Positions 18,172 through 27,725 are shown, counted from the first letter of the stretch. The stretch: 64,000 nucleotides of DNA from a bacterium (GCA_963675755.2 CAXXMD010000002.1:2304001-2368000); one strand, 5' to 3'. Numbers and translations are program-made. The notes: generated from the sequence alone by a model not told the origin.

Positions 18172-18896
18172 TCAAAATTTTCAATCGTTACATTTTCTGG
18201 AATATCTAAATTTAAACTATCGGGAATACTTTTATTTATTTCAAGGTTTGTCAAAGTCACATTCTTTTTTGTTATTTTCCCACTATTCTTATATAATATC
18301 TCAACAGTTCCAGGGAACCCTATAAAACCTAATTTTTGATAATCCTTGAATAATATCTTTTGAACGATATTATCTTTTTCATCATAAATTAAAACATTCA
18401 CCAATTTATCATTTAGCGTTTTTAGTACTGTTGCTCCCGCATTGCCCATCTCTTTTGGAGGTTGCCATATAGTTATCAGGGTATCATTCTCTACCTGATA
18501 ATCTGAAAGCGTATACGATAATGCAGATAAACCATAATCTTTGTACTGAGATGCAACAAATGGAGACAAGAATATCAACTTATCATGATAGGCTGCATTT
18601 ACATTATAAAGCAAATGCTTTTCAGGATAAAAAATTTGCATCAATGTATCATTAATTACAATATCCTGCATTATCGGATAATTAATTTTTAAATGCAATG
18701 TTTCAGGATAATTCAGGAACAAACTGCCTTTGGTTAAAGATTCTGTATCATTTTCAACTAAAATTTTTGTAAAATTAGCAGATAAGGAAATCAATTCAAC
18801 ACTTTGTAATGTAGCTGAAAAAGCTGTCATTCCCTGAAAGGCACAAAATAAAAGTACATATAAAAAGTAATCTTTGATAATTTTTGTACGAAACAT
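18165..18896 (-). CDS. LolA-like periplasmic lipoprotein-carrier fold protein
   Basis: Signal peptide; SLSANFTK...KGSLFLNYPETLHLKINYPIMQDIVINDTLMQIFYPE resembles the LolA N-terminal strands; LolA-like end NLEINKSIPDSLNLDIPENVTI. Confidence 0.65.
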   Translation of the reverse strand: MFRTKIIKDYFLYVLLFCAFQGMTAFSATLQSVELISLSANFTKILVENDTESLTKGSLFLNYPETLHLKINYPIMQDIVINDTLMQIFYPEKHLLYNVNAAYHDKLIFLSPFVASQYKDYGLSALSYTLSDYQVENDTLITIWQPPKEMGNAGATVLKTLNDKLVNVLIYDEKDNIVQKILFKDYQKLGFIGFPGTVEILYKNSGKITKKNVTLTNLEINKSIPDSLNLDIPENVTIENFEW

Positions 18897-18910
18897 CTTG
18901 ATCTCGAATA

Positions 18911-18944
18911 TTTTCCGGGTAAAGACACATCTTTACCCGGAAAA
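18911..18944 (-). terminator. Internal terminator/attenuator-like hairpin between the first and second genes of the cluster
   Basis: 15 bp stem: TTTTCCGGGTAAAGA-CACA-TCTTTACCCGGAAAA. Confidence 0.75.
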
Positions 18945-18956
18945 CCTTAAACGTTA

Positions 18957-19382
18957 TTAATTGGATTCAGATTCAGCCGTAGCCATAAAGTAAACCATAG
19001 ATACAGTTGAGCCTACTGCCCATCCTATACAAGCAGCTTTTGTCCGAAGACTTTTAGCTTTTTGACGATAACATGTCGCATATGCGTGAGCATAATCCTC
19101 ATCTTTACCAACAAGGCGTTCTACAGGAGGCTCGGGTTTGCTAGTGGCCGCAAAGATATAACCAAAAACACCACACATGAATCCGCCAAAAGCGAAACTG
19201 GCGCTATTATCTTCATCTTCAATTGCATCTTGTTCTGCTTTTTGACAGATGGATTCATAATTCTCAGTTTCTGCGTCCTGAGCAAATGAAAAATCCATAG
19301 TGATTGGCAGGATTACCAAATTTAACATCAATGCAACCATTAACAAATTCACAACAATAAACCGGTTTCGAATGAAATCCAT
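18957..19382 (-). CDS. Small secreted protein with four Cys and Gly-rich hydrophobic helices, function unknown
   Basis: Strong AGGAGG RBS; signal peptide ending SFA-QD; hydrophobic segments FAFGGFMCGVFGYIFAA and AACIGWAVGSTVSMVYFM. Confidence 0.8.
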   Translation of the reverse strand: MDFIRNRFIVVNLLMVALMLNLVILPITMDFSFAQDAETENYESICQKAEQDAIEDEDNSASFAFGGFMCGVFGYIFAATSKPEPPVERLVGKDEDYAHAYATCYRQKAKSLRTKAACIGWAVGSTVSMVYFMATAESESN

Positions 19383-19709
19383 ACTACCTCCTTTACTTGA
19401 TTATTGATTTATTTCATTCCTTTTAAATATTTCATGAATGAATCAAACAAGTTTTGCCCCCTCAATTCTATAAATAACTTTTTCAATCAATATTATTAAA
19501 TCAATTGATCAATTATAAAGAGGCATTCATTTACTACCATTGTCGAAATTACATTAAACAAAAAAAATACATTGAAAATTAAAACAATTGGTTGGGCTAA
19601 CTTCCCCACCCCGAATAAATTCAAAAACTCCCCATTTACAAGTCAAGTTTTTCGAAAAGAATGGTATAATTTAATAAAAAAATGTATGAAATCAAGTAAA
19701 ATAAATTCA

Positions 19710-21029
19710 TCAAATTTCATCATTCTTTTTCTCTAACCACATATCAGAAAAAATCCGATACCCTATCCCTTTATCACCATGCCCTCCCCGACTAAAAAAG
19801 GTAATCATATATTCATCAGCCAGCTTGCCAACGGTACTATACGAGAAAGGGCCCTCTTCAATCATCTTGTGCTGCCATGTTTTGCCATCATCATCACTGA
19901 AATATATGGTACCGTGCACCCGGTCATCATCCCAATTTACTTTGTTGTATTGCTCCCTGCCATTGGGGATTGAGAAATACATACGGTCCCCAACTCTTGC
20001 AAGCGTACCATGACATAAAACGCTACTCACACTGATTAGAAACGGATCTGACCAGCTTGCACCGCCATCCTCACTGGTGTGCGCTATTCGTTGGTCCAGT
20101 TGTGGAATTACCGTTGAATTTTGTGACAGCCTCGCCAGCCGTTCACTGGAATTCACCCGCCTGATCATAAACAACCGCTTTCCGTCATCAATGGATACCG
20201 CAGAAGCTTCGTTACCCAGATAATCTGTGATAAAGCCATCCATTTTCCAGCTCTCTCCCTGGTCATCACTATATAAAACACCCGAACCACTGCAAGGATG
20301 ATTACGGAAATTATCAGTCATGGCCTCCCCTTCCGGTACAGAGTAAACAGGTGCCGCTAGAATCAACCTGCCTTTATTGGGCCCCTGTTTAATTGCATGC
20401 ACCTGCCCAATGGTATTTAAAAATACGGGAATATGTCCATTATAATTTTGGTAAAGCGGAGTTTCTGTACCGGTCAATACCTTGTGGTGCCAGGTTACGC
20501 CATCATCATCCGACCAATATTGTAGTAAAACCGAGGCTTTATCCATGCCAATTGCATTTAAATCAATACCGGTTTTTTCCAAAACCAATTTTGGATCATT
20601 ATCATAATATGCTTTGGTGACTTTTAATCCTACACAAGTCAAAAACGAAATACGTTCTCCATTTTCGATTTCTGAAACCCAGGGTGAAATTGCAAAATGG
20701 TTCATGGGAGCAGATAAAACCGTCACTCCTTCCCAGGTATTGCCATAATCATAACTCTTGTTCATAAGTATGACTTTTGGCTCATTATCGTCGCCATGCA
20801 TCAGACGTCCCTGGCAGAAAACCAGCAAAGTTCCTTTCTGTGTAACAACATATGACGGCTGGAACGTTTTGGCGACCGTCTCATTCCCCACTCTGAGCCC
20901 CGGTTCGAATACAAATTTCAATTCACTAATTCCGGTTTCAGTGATTTGCTTTTGAATCGGATTAGGTTTATTTGTACAAAAACATACAAATGCTAAAATC
21001 ATAATCAGTATTACATAATGCCATCTCAT
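19710..21029 (-). CDS. Secreted BNR/Asp-box sialidase-family (GH33-like) protein
   Basis: Asp-boxes SYDYGNTW, SDDDGVTW, SDDQGESW, SEDGGASW and SDDDGKTW; C-terminal FSYST; N-terminal signal or lipoprotein peptide. Confidence 0.8.
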   Translation of the reverse strand: MRWHYVILIMILAFVCFCTNKPNPIQKQITETGISELKFVFEPGLRVGNETVAKTFQPSYVVTQKGTLLVFCQGRLMHGDDNEPKVILMNKSYDYGNTWEGVTVLSAPMNHFAISPWVSEIENGERISFLTCVGLKVTKAYYDNDPKLVLEKTGIDLNAIGMDKASVLLQYWSDDDGVTWHHKVLTGTETPLYQNYNGHIPVFLNTIGQVHAIKQGPNKGRLILAAPVYSVPEGEAMTDNFRNHPCSGSGVLYSDDQGESWKMDGFITDYLGNEASAVSIDDGKRLFMIRRVNSSERLARLSQNSTVIPQLDQRIAHTSEDGGASWSDPFLISVSSVLCHGTLARVGDRMYFSIPNGREQYNKVNWDDDRVHGTIYFSDDDGKTWQHKMIEEGPFSYSTVGKLADEYMITFFSRGGHGDKGIGYRIFSDMWLEKKNDEI

Positions 21030-21113
21030 AATCTACCCATTCATTTTTTTAAATACCAAAGAGTAAAAACTTGGAGTATCATTTCTTTAATTCTCAAAAA
21101 TATCAAAAACATC

Positions 21114-21142
21114 TTGACAACAAACCATTGTAATAGTACATT
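21114..21142 (+). promoter_or_regulatory. Putative sigma70 promoter
   Basis: TTGACA-17 bp-TACATT upstream of the ORF at 21233. Confidence 0.55.
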
Positions 21143-21232
21143 AAAACGCAAAATATTGGGGTACTAAAATCTTGCTCGAGAGTCATTGTGAATAATATAA
21201 ATAAAAAATAATAAAAGACAGTTATTAATTAT

Positions 21233-21637
21233 ATGAAAAACAATGAACAAATACTTGCTACACTTTTATCAAAACTAGAAAAATACCCACAATTAAATTA
21301 TCAAATTAATAACAATTGCATTACGATTGATGTACCAACAGTAAACGGATTTACTGTCTGGCTGTCTGTAAATAAATCAGACTATACCGTGGGATATGAT
21401 GGATGGCACGAAAAATTTGATAATGAGGAATCAGCCCTGAATGCTTTTGCATTTGGATTAAGCAATCAGTATCGGCTGGCAACAGAAAAAAGAGGCAAAA
21501 CCGCATGTAAATGGGTCCTCGAATTCAAAGATGGTGATGAATGGAAAACTGATAGCGAAACCGGATTAATATTTATCCCTTTTTGGCGGAAAAAATCAAT
21601 CGAGTATCGGCAAAATAATATCATCGATATTGAATAA
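21233..21637 (+). CDS. Hypothetical protein
   Basis: 134 aa ORF with plausible composition and an upstream promoter; no motif recognised. Confidence 0.7.
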   Translation: MKNNEQILATLLSKLEKYPQLNYQINNNCITIDVPTVNGFTVWLSVNKSDYTVGYDGWHEKFDNEESALNAFAFGLSNQYRLATEKRGKTACKWVLEFKDGDEWKTDSETGLIFIPFWRKKSIEYRQNNIIDIE

Positions 21638-21686
21638 CTGAAAAAAAGGCTAAAGTTTATAATGCTATGCCAGGAAAGATCAAGCC

Positions 21687-22514
21687 ATGAATATCAATTA
21701 TACGCATCAAGAAGAAGTATTAAAAGACAAATTGATCAATAAAATATTGATCTTTTCTTCCACTATAATCAGTATAGCCTATATAGCCGCTCAAATACGC
21801 GCGTCTGAAATTGGCTGGACTTTACGAGATTTATTTCAAACTCTGGCTTGGCTCGCCATTTTAACTCCTACTGTTTTTCGAAAAAAATTGGGGGTGTATA
21901 CAAAAGCAATAATTGTTATCATTGCTTTTACTTTGGGAGCACTACCGGGAGTATATACATTGGGTATTCTTGGCGGGACTATTTTTCTTTTTCCAACTAC
22001 AGCAGTTCTGATTGCAATTTTTTACTCAACAAAAGCAAGCAGATCTTTTATATTGATATCTTTGGTATTTCTTACATGGATTGCTTATCGATTTATATCC
22101 GGCAGCGCAGTACTTTCTCACAGTGCGGATTTTTTTATTACAAACATCTTTCATTGGATAGTTTATCTTTTGTGCGTCACATTCTTTTTTGTAATATCCT
22201 GCCAAACCATACATAGTTTTCGAAAAACAATGGAATTACAGCTTGAGACAATAAAAAGCCAAAGGGATGAACTAACAAAAATCAATAAAGAATTGATTGA
22301 CGCTTCTCAAAATGTTAAAAAGCTGCAGGGCATGCTTCCCATCTGCTCATCCTGTAAAAAAATCAGGGATGACAAGGGATATTGGAACCAGATTGAATCC
22401 TATATCAAACAAAACTCTGAAGCGGAATTCAGCCATGGTATTTGTCCCGATTGTGCACAGAAATTATATGGTGAATTTTATGATAAAAACCGAAATGATG
22501 AAGGTACTAAATAA
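21687..22514 (+). CDS. Multi-TM sensor-like protein with a coiled coil and a C-terminal CxxC...CxxC zinc-binding domain
   Basis: About 6 TM helices, a heptad-rich linker, then LPICSSCKKIRDDKGYWNQIESYI...FSHGICPDC. Confidence 0.8.
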   Translation: MNINYTHQEEVLKDKLINKILIFSSTIISIAYIAAQIRASEIGWTLRDLFQTLAWLAILTPTVFRKKLGVYTKAIIVIIAFTLGALPGVYTLGILGGTIFLFPTTAVLIAIFYSTKASRSFILISLVFLTWIAYRFISGSAVLSHSADFFITNIFHWIVYLLCVTFFFVISCQTIHSFRKTMELQLETIKSQRDELTKINKELIDASQNVKKLQGMLPICSSCKKIRDDKGYWNQIESYIKQNSEAEFSHGICPDCAQKLYGEFYDKNRNDEGTK

Positions 22515-22550
22515 AAAAAGCCTCCGTAAATCACATTCACAGAGGCTTTT
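22513..22550. terminator. Bidirectional terminator between convergent genes
   Basis: AAAAAAAGCCTC...GAGGCTTTT. Confidence 0.7.
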
Positions 22551-22567
22551 CCCTTTGAATCGTATTA

Positions 22568-23083
22568 TTAATGTGCTTTCAACTCTTTAACTTTTCCGGT
22601 AGCAGCTTTTATTACTTTATTAGCATTTTTGTCAAACATTTCAGCACAATGCTCACCACATAAATAATAGGTTTGCCCATCATACACACGGGAAATTGCC
22701 GTATCGCTGGCGGTTACATCCATTCCACAGGCACATTTGGCAACCATTTCACCCGAATCATTGACCTTGTAAACATTGCCCATCATTCCATTATCAATTC
22801 TGGCTTTTAATACTTTATTATCAAGAGCTGCTTTCATTGTAGAAATATTTTCGCTGAATTTTGTTTTACAGCCTTCACTGCAAACATAATAAGATTCCCC
22901 ATCTACTTCTACAGCAGGCGTTGCATCTGTAACTTTAACTTGCATACCACAAGCACATAAAGCCGTTTCCTGATCGTCTGACACTTTAATTATATTCGCT
23001 CCGTGTTTGTGCACGTCTCCTGCAAAAATCACTGAACTGCTCAACAATAACCCCATAACCATTAACATACTTTTATTTTTCAT
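22568..23083 (-). CDS. Secreted protein with two YHS/TRASH metal-binding domains
   Basis: Signal peptide; CACGMQV...YYVCSEGC and CACGMDV...YYLCGEHC. Confidence 0.85.
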   Translation of the reverse strand: MKNKSMLMVMGLLLSSSVIFAGDVHKHGANIIKVSDDQETALCACGMQVKVTDATPAVEVDGESYYVCSEGCKTKFSENISTMKAALDNKVLKARIDNGMMGNVYKVNDSGEMVAKCACGMDVTASDTAISRVYDGQTYYLCGEHCAEMFDKNANKVIKAATGKVKELKAH

Positions 23084-23323
23084 AATACTTCTCCGAAAAA
23101 TTATATATTCAAACTTGAATGTTTAAACATCTGCAAAATATCAGTTATTCCTTGCCTGCTACCATGTAAACAGGCTTAAATTCAGGGTAACTTTAGTTTT
23201 TAAATATAATTCATAAACAAGATTATACTGTCAAAATATATTAACATCGCATTTTATGAAAATAATAGCATTCCCCCCATTTTCTTTGTATATTTATTCT
23301 GATAGTATTAACAAAAAAGCAGT

Positions 23324-23785
23324 ATGAGTCCCGATAAAGAAAAAAAACTGACCGTAAAAGCCATTTATCCGGTATCTACGGAAAAAGAAGTAGAGCTGCT
23401 GCTGTTCTCGCAGCGCATTCAGGCCGGGTTCCCGTCACCGGCGGATGATTATATTTCAGAAAAGCTGGATCTGAACAAATTCCTCATCAAGAACCAGGCG
23501 ACCACCTATTGCGTGCGCGTGGAAGGAGATTCCATGGTCGGCGCCGGCATCCAGTCCGGTGATATCCTGATTGTGGATCGCTCCATTCGGCCGCGTGAGA
23601 ACCTCATTGTTATAGCCATTCTGGATGGCGAACTGACGGTCAAGTGGCTGAAACGGCAAAAAGGCAAATTATTACTGTGCCCGGATAACAACGATTTCAC
23701 CCCTATCGAGATCCACGAAGAATCGGATTTCCAGATCTGGGGCGTTGTGGTGCACAGCATTCACACATTTTATCAACAGCGGTAA
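23324..23785 (+). CDS. umuD: UmuD-like autoproteolytic subunit of DNA polymerase V (peptidase S24)
   Basis: QAGFPSPADDY Ala-Gly cleavage site; catalytic Ser in VEGDSM and Lys in LTVK. Confidence 0.93.
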   Translation: MSPDKEKKLTVKAIYPVSTEKEVELLLFSQRIQAGFPSPADDYISEKLDLNKFLIKNQATTYCVRVEGDSMVGAGIQSGDILIVDRSIRPRENLIVIAILDGELTVKWLKRQKGKLLLCPDNNDFTPIEIHEESDFQIWGVVVHSIHTFYQQR

Positions 23786-23786
23786 C

Positions 23787-25061
23787 ATGAGTAAAATATT
23801 CGCATTGGTCGATTGCGACAATTTCTATGCCTCGTGCGAACGGGTATTCAACCCGGCGATGGCCAACCGCCCGGTTGTGGTGCTGTCTAACAATGACGGC
23901 TGCGTCATTGCGCGTTCAAACGAAGTCAAACAAATGGATATCCCCTTTGGCTCTCCCTATTTCAAGATAGAAAAACTGCTGAAACAGCACAATGTGGCCG
24001 TTTTCTCATCCAATTACGAGCTCTATGGTGACATGTCCGCGCGGGTGATGGAGATTCTGGCGCAATTCGCCCTTGATATTGAAGTCTATTCCATTGACGA
24101 AGCGTTTCTGGAACTGGACGGTTTTCGCAACCGCAATCTTGAAGAATATGCCCGCCACATCCGCGACTATGTGGTCCGTGGTACCGGAATTCCCGTTACC
24201 ATTGGTGTGGGCACCAGCAAAACACTGGCAAAAATTGCCAGCCGCCACGCAAAAAAGAACCGGGACACCTACAAAGGCGTCTTCTGCCTGGTTGACCATC
24301 CCAACATTGATCGCGTGCTTGAAAGCGTTCCGGTTGAGGATATTTGGGGAGTGGGTCGACAATATGACAAGTTTCTGCGCCGCTACCGTATTACTTCAGC
24401 CCGACAACTGAAATACGTCAGGGACAAATGGGTCAAAAAGCACATGACCGTGGTGGGACTACGGACCGTCTGGGAACTGCGCGGCACTTCGTGCCTGCCG
24501 TTGGAACTGGTTCCTCCTGCCAAAAAAGAGATCTGCAATTCACGCAGTTTTGGGCATGCGGTAACAACGCTGAAAGATATGCGCGAAGCGGTTGCCGAAT
24601 ACGCCTCGCGGGCCGCGGTAAAACTGCGGCGGCAAAACTCGGCCGCGCGAATTTTACAGGTATTTCTTACCACCAATCGCTTCAAGGATGAACCCCAGTA
24701 TTTCAACAGCACCCAGATTGTAATGCCGGCCCCCACTAACGATACGCTGGAAATTGTAAAATACGCCTGTTTTGCCATTGAGCGTATTTTTAAACCCAAT
24801 TACCGTTATAAAAAAGCCGGAGTGTTTTTGTGCGACATTGTACCGGATACCGACATACAGAACAGCCTGTTCGATCCGTATCCCCATCGTGAAAAATCCC
24901 AGCGCGTTATGAACGTTCTGGACCAGATCAATACCCGCTACGGCTCGGGCACGCTTCAAGTGGCTGCCGCCGGCACAAGAAAAGAATGGTCCATGCAGCG
25001 CAACCTCAAATCCAACAATTTTACAACCAACTGGAACGAAATCCCCGTGGTAAGAGCCTAA
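23787..25061 (+). CDS. umuC: UmuC-like Y-family DNA polymerase
   Basis: ALVDCDNFYASCE, VVLSNNDGC, SSNYELY, YSIDEAF and the end WSMQRNLKS..FTT.W.E. ATG at 23787 directly follows umuD. Confidence 0.95.
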   Translation: MSKIFALVDCDNFYASCERVFNPAMANRPVVVLSNNDGCVIARSNEVKQMDIPFGSPYFKIEKLLKQHNVAVFSSNYELYGDMSARVMEILAQFALDIEVYSIDEAFLELDGFRNRNLEEYARHIRDYVVRGTGIPVTIGVGTSKTLAKIASRHAKKNRDTYKGVFCLVDHPNIDRVLESVPVEDIWGVGRQYDKFLRRYRITSARQLKYVRDKWVKKHMTVVGLRTVWELRGTSCLPLELVPPAKKEICNSRSFGHAVTTLKDMREAVAEYASRAAVKLRRQNSAARILQVFLTTNRFKDEPQYFNSTQIVMPAPTNDTLEIVKYACFAIERIFKPNYRYKKAGVFLCDIVPDTDIQNSLFDPYPHREKSQRVMNVLDQINTRYGSGTLQVAAAGTRKEWSMQRNLKSNNFTTNWNEIPVVRA

Positions 25062-25123
25062 TCCCTGGCTAAAATTTTACCGCCCGCTTTTCAACCAGCC
25101 TGATTTTCTCGTGACAGCAACAC

Positions 25124-25197
25124 CCGGTTGCTGAGTACGAGTCCGCCAAAGCGGACGAGTGTATCGAAGCACCGGTGATTTGATCGCGATACAGATT
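25124..25197. repeat. Second copy of element C followed by a half palindrome A
   Basis: CCGGTTGCTGAGTACGA-GTCCGC-CAAA-GCGGAC-GAGTGTATCGAAGCACCGG, then GATCGCGATACAGAT. Confidence 0.8.
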
Positions 25198-26443
25198 ATA
25201 TAAACCTTACCAAATCCTGAATAAATCCCATCATCCCAACGCTTCCCATAAACAATGCAAACATAAGGACGAGTGACAAGATTACCGTATCAGTTTTTGA
25301 TGGTCGCCAGGCCGCATCTTTTGGTATTTTATGCGACAAATAAAAAATCAAAACCACAAGTGCCGGTAACAAGACTGCCAGCAATCCCTGTGAAAGCAGC
25401 ATGATGAAAACCGGTCTTGCCCCGAATATTGGAATTACCGTTCCCAATAACGTCAGAACTGTAATCAAAATCCGATTCGTTCGGTTGTTTAGCACCAGTG
25501 GTTTTTGTTCATAGTCGCAAAGCAGCCAGGGCACAACCAGAATGTTGGGAATATGTGATGAAAGACCGGCAGCAACAATTCCAAATGTCATAACCGTAAC
25601 ACTGTTCTTGCCAATCATCGGTTCCAAAAGCGGAATCATTTCAGCTGCATTATTTAAAACCAATCCCTGTTTGTACAAAGTACCGGCTGCGGCAAGCATA
25701 AGGGCGGCACTGACCAGAAACATGCCCAAAACACTCAGTGCGGCATCGCGCTGTTGAACACGAATATCCTTAATTGTCCATCCATGCTCCTGCACAAGGA
25801 TAGAACGAATCAAAAATACAATAGATGATACGGTTGTGCCTACCATGCTTGCGGTTATTAAAAGCGCACTGTTGTCACTGTTTGCAACATTTTGAGGCAA
25901 CCGCGGTACGAGTCCTGATGCAATATCTTTTAAACCCGGAAAAACAAAAAACAGATTTAACATAAATGCAAAAAACATTATAAGCACAAAAAAACTGAGG
26001 ACTTTTTTAACCACCTCTACTGTGCCGCTCCATAAAAATATGATAATCAATAAAGAAAGAACTATGGACCATATTACAGCAGGTATAGCATAATTCAATA
26101 TCTGAACTGACCATTCAGCAAGTACTTCAGATATGACACCCATGACTCCCATTACAGCTCCAATTATGATAACAGTAACCGCGGTTAGAAAAAACACAGG
26201 TACAGACGGATGACATTTTTCCCGTGCCGCCTGCAATATGGTTTCATTTGTAGCCATTGTATATTTGCTGAATAAAGTCATCAAGTACCAGGTAATCAGA
26301 CAGGAAATCACCAGCGTCCATAACATACAGGTGCCGTAATTCGCACCGGTTTTGGACATACTGGTAATACTTCCAGTGCCAATATTATAACCGATTAAAA
26401 AGATCCCGGGTAGAACGGATGCAACCATATTTTTAAATTTCAT
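25196..26443 (-). CDS. NRAMP-superfamily (MntH/YcsG-like) transporter
   Basis: About 11 TM helices; PGIFLIGYNIGTGSIT and SMVGTTV. The canonical DPGN metal motif is absent. Confidence 0.8.
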   Translation of the reverse strand: MKFKNMVASVLPGIFLIGYNIGTGSITSMSKTGANYGTCMLWTLVISCLITWYLMTLFSKYTMATNETILQAAREKCHPSVPVFFLTAVTVIIIGAVMGVMGVISEVLAEWSVQILNYAIPAVIWSIVLSLLIIIFLWSGTVEVVKKVLSFFVLIMFFAFMLNLFFVFPGLKDIASGLVPRLPQNVANSDNSALLITASMVGTTVSSIVFLIRSILVQEHGWTIKDIRVQQRDAALSVLGMFLVSAALMLAAAGTLYKQGLVLNNAAEMIPLLEPMIGKNSVTVMTFGIVAAGLSSHIPNILVVPWLLCDYEQKPLVLNNRTNRILITVLTLLGTVIPIFGARPVFIMLLSQGLLAVLLPALVVLIFYLSHKIPKDAAWRPSKTDTVILSLVLMFALFMGSVGMMGFIQDLVRFI

Positions 26444-26484
26444 AAAATCCCAGCCTGACTGATTCGAGTTTGATTATCAATAAA

Positions 26485-27609
26485 TTAAAAGGCCATACGT
26501 CCCCAGCCTTCAAGCCTGGCATTGAGAGGTGGCAGCCCTAAAAGCTTTCGGCCATATTCTACATAATACCGATAATTTTCAATTGATGTATTGCCAATAA
26601 TTCTGTGATCCAGCCCAAAAGCTATACCACCGCTGTTTATCATCTCGGGGCTCATTTTATATTCAAGCTCTCTGCGAATGGTCTCGTGGTCTTTTATTAA
26701 CGCAAACTTGTCAAGTCCACCGCGTATAGCAATTCGTTTTCCATACTTTTTTCGGATTTCTACAATATCCATTCCGGCTGCTGGCTCAAAAGGATGCAGT
26801 GAATTCACTCCGCAATTCAAAAGAGAATCCAGTATGGGCATAATATTTCCATCAGAATCTATATCAAACAATCGGGTTCCCTGTCCTGAAACAAATTTCC
26901 AAACCAAAGCATAATACGGATGTATAAACTCATCGATCAGAGCAGGACCAATAATAGGTCCGTTTTTACCCGCCATGTCTTCATGAGCAGAAAGCTGATC
27001 AATAACCAGATAACGATTTACAATCTCGAGACATTGAAGCACTGTGTCACGCAAGGTGTTCATAATATCAACAACCAGATCTGGCTGGACATAATATGCC
27101 ATGCAGGCCTCTTTTTCTCCCATCAATTCACGAAGTGTGTCAAAACCACCGGGTATGGAGGCAACCACCAATGCCCCGCTTTCCTGTTCTCGCTTTGCGG
27201 CTTTGACCGCATCCAAATCAACACGATCTGGATGAAAGGTAAAAAAAGGCTTTATCTTAATCCAGTCATCCATGCACTTTACCGGAAAATCCAAAGGCAA
27301 AGGAAGTGTTGAATAACCTTTGCATAATTTGATGGTGCGCCCCAACTCGTCCCGTTCTATACGGTATTCGTCAGTGTCTTCCAAAACCTCCACATGACTA
27401 TTACCAAAGAATCCCATATTTGCACCACACTGCACAACCGGCACATAATCCCAGTCAAAGGCAACCAGATCTACTTCTTTTTCGGTGGCTCCTTGCTTAC
27501 GCCACTCTGCTTCCAGGCCTACAATAGGACCAAAAAGTTCAACAAACATGGGGCGTTGCCAACGCTCAAATGTCATCAATTCAATATACTGTTCACGGGT
27601 AAATTTCAT
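26485..27609 (-). CDS. Uroporphyrinogen decarboxylase-family (URO-D/MtaA-like) protein
   Basis: LRELMG, HEDMAGKNGPIIGP, DSDGNI, PFEPAAGMDI, IRGGLDK and GLDHRI. Confidence 0.85.
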   Translation of the reverse strand: MKFTREQYIELMTFERWQRPMFVELFGPIVGLEAEWRKQGATEKEVDLVAFDWDYVPVVQCGANMGFFGNSHVEVLEDTDEYRIERDELGRTIKLCKGYSTLPLPLDFPVKCMDDWIKIKPFFTFHPDRVDLDAVKAAKREQESGALVVASIPGGFDTLRELMGEKEACMAYYVQPDLVVDIMNTLRDTVLQCLEIVNRYLVIDQLSAHEDMAGKNGPIIGPALIDEFIHPYYALVWKFVSGQGTRLFDIDSDGNIMPILDSLLNCGVNSLHPFEPAAGMDIVEIRKKYGKRIAIRGGLDKFALIKDHETIRRELEYKMSPEMINSGGIAFGLDHRIIGNTSIENYRYYVEYGRKLLGLPPLNARLEGWGRMAF

Positions 27610-27725
27610 TTCAATTTCCAGGAATGTTCAATTTATTTAAATTTAATAAATTCCAACTCATAATCTACAAATCTGGCAACAATTATCAATAGTATTCAAA
27701 CATTTATATTGCCTTTTATCCTAAA

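Noticed and set aside
21155-21165. Identical 11-mer ATTGGGGTACT in two leaders (21155 and 50115)
   Set aside because: One shared 11-mer among several kb of intergenic DNA is expected by chance, and the downstream genes share no evident function.
23155-23174. CCTG-N12-CAGG as a LexA box for umuDC
   Set aside because: Spacing does not match CTG-N10-CAG, and it lies about 150 bp from the umuD start.
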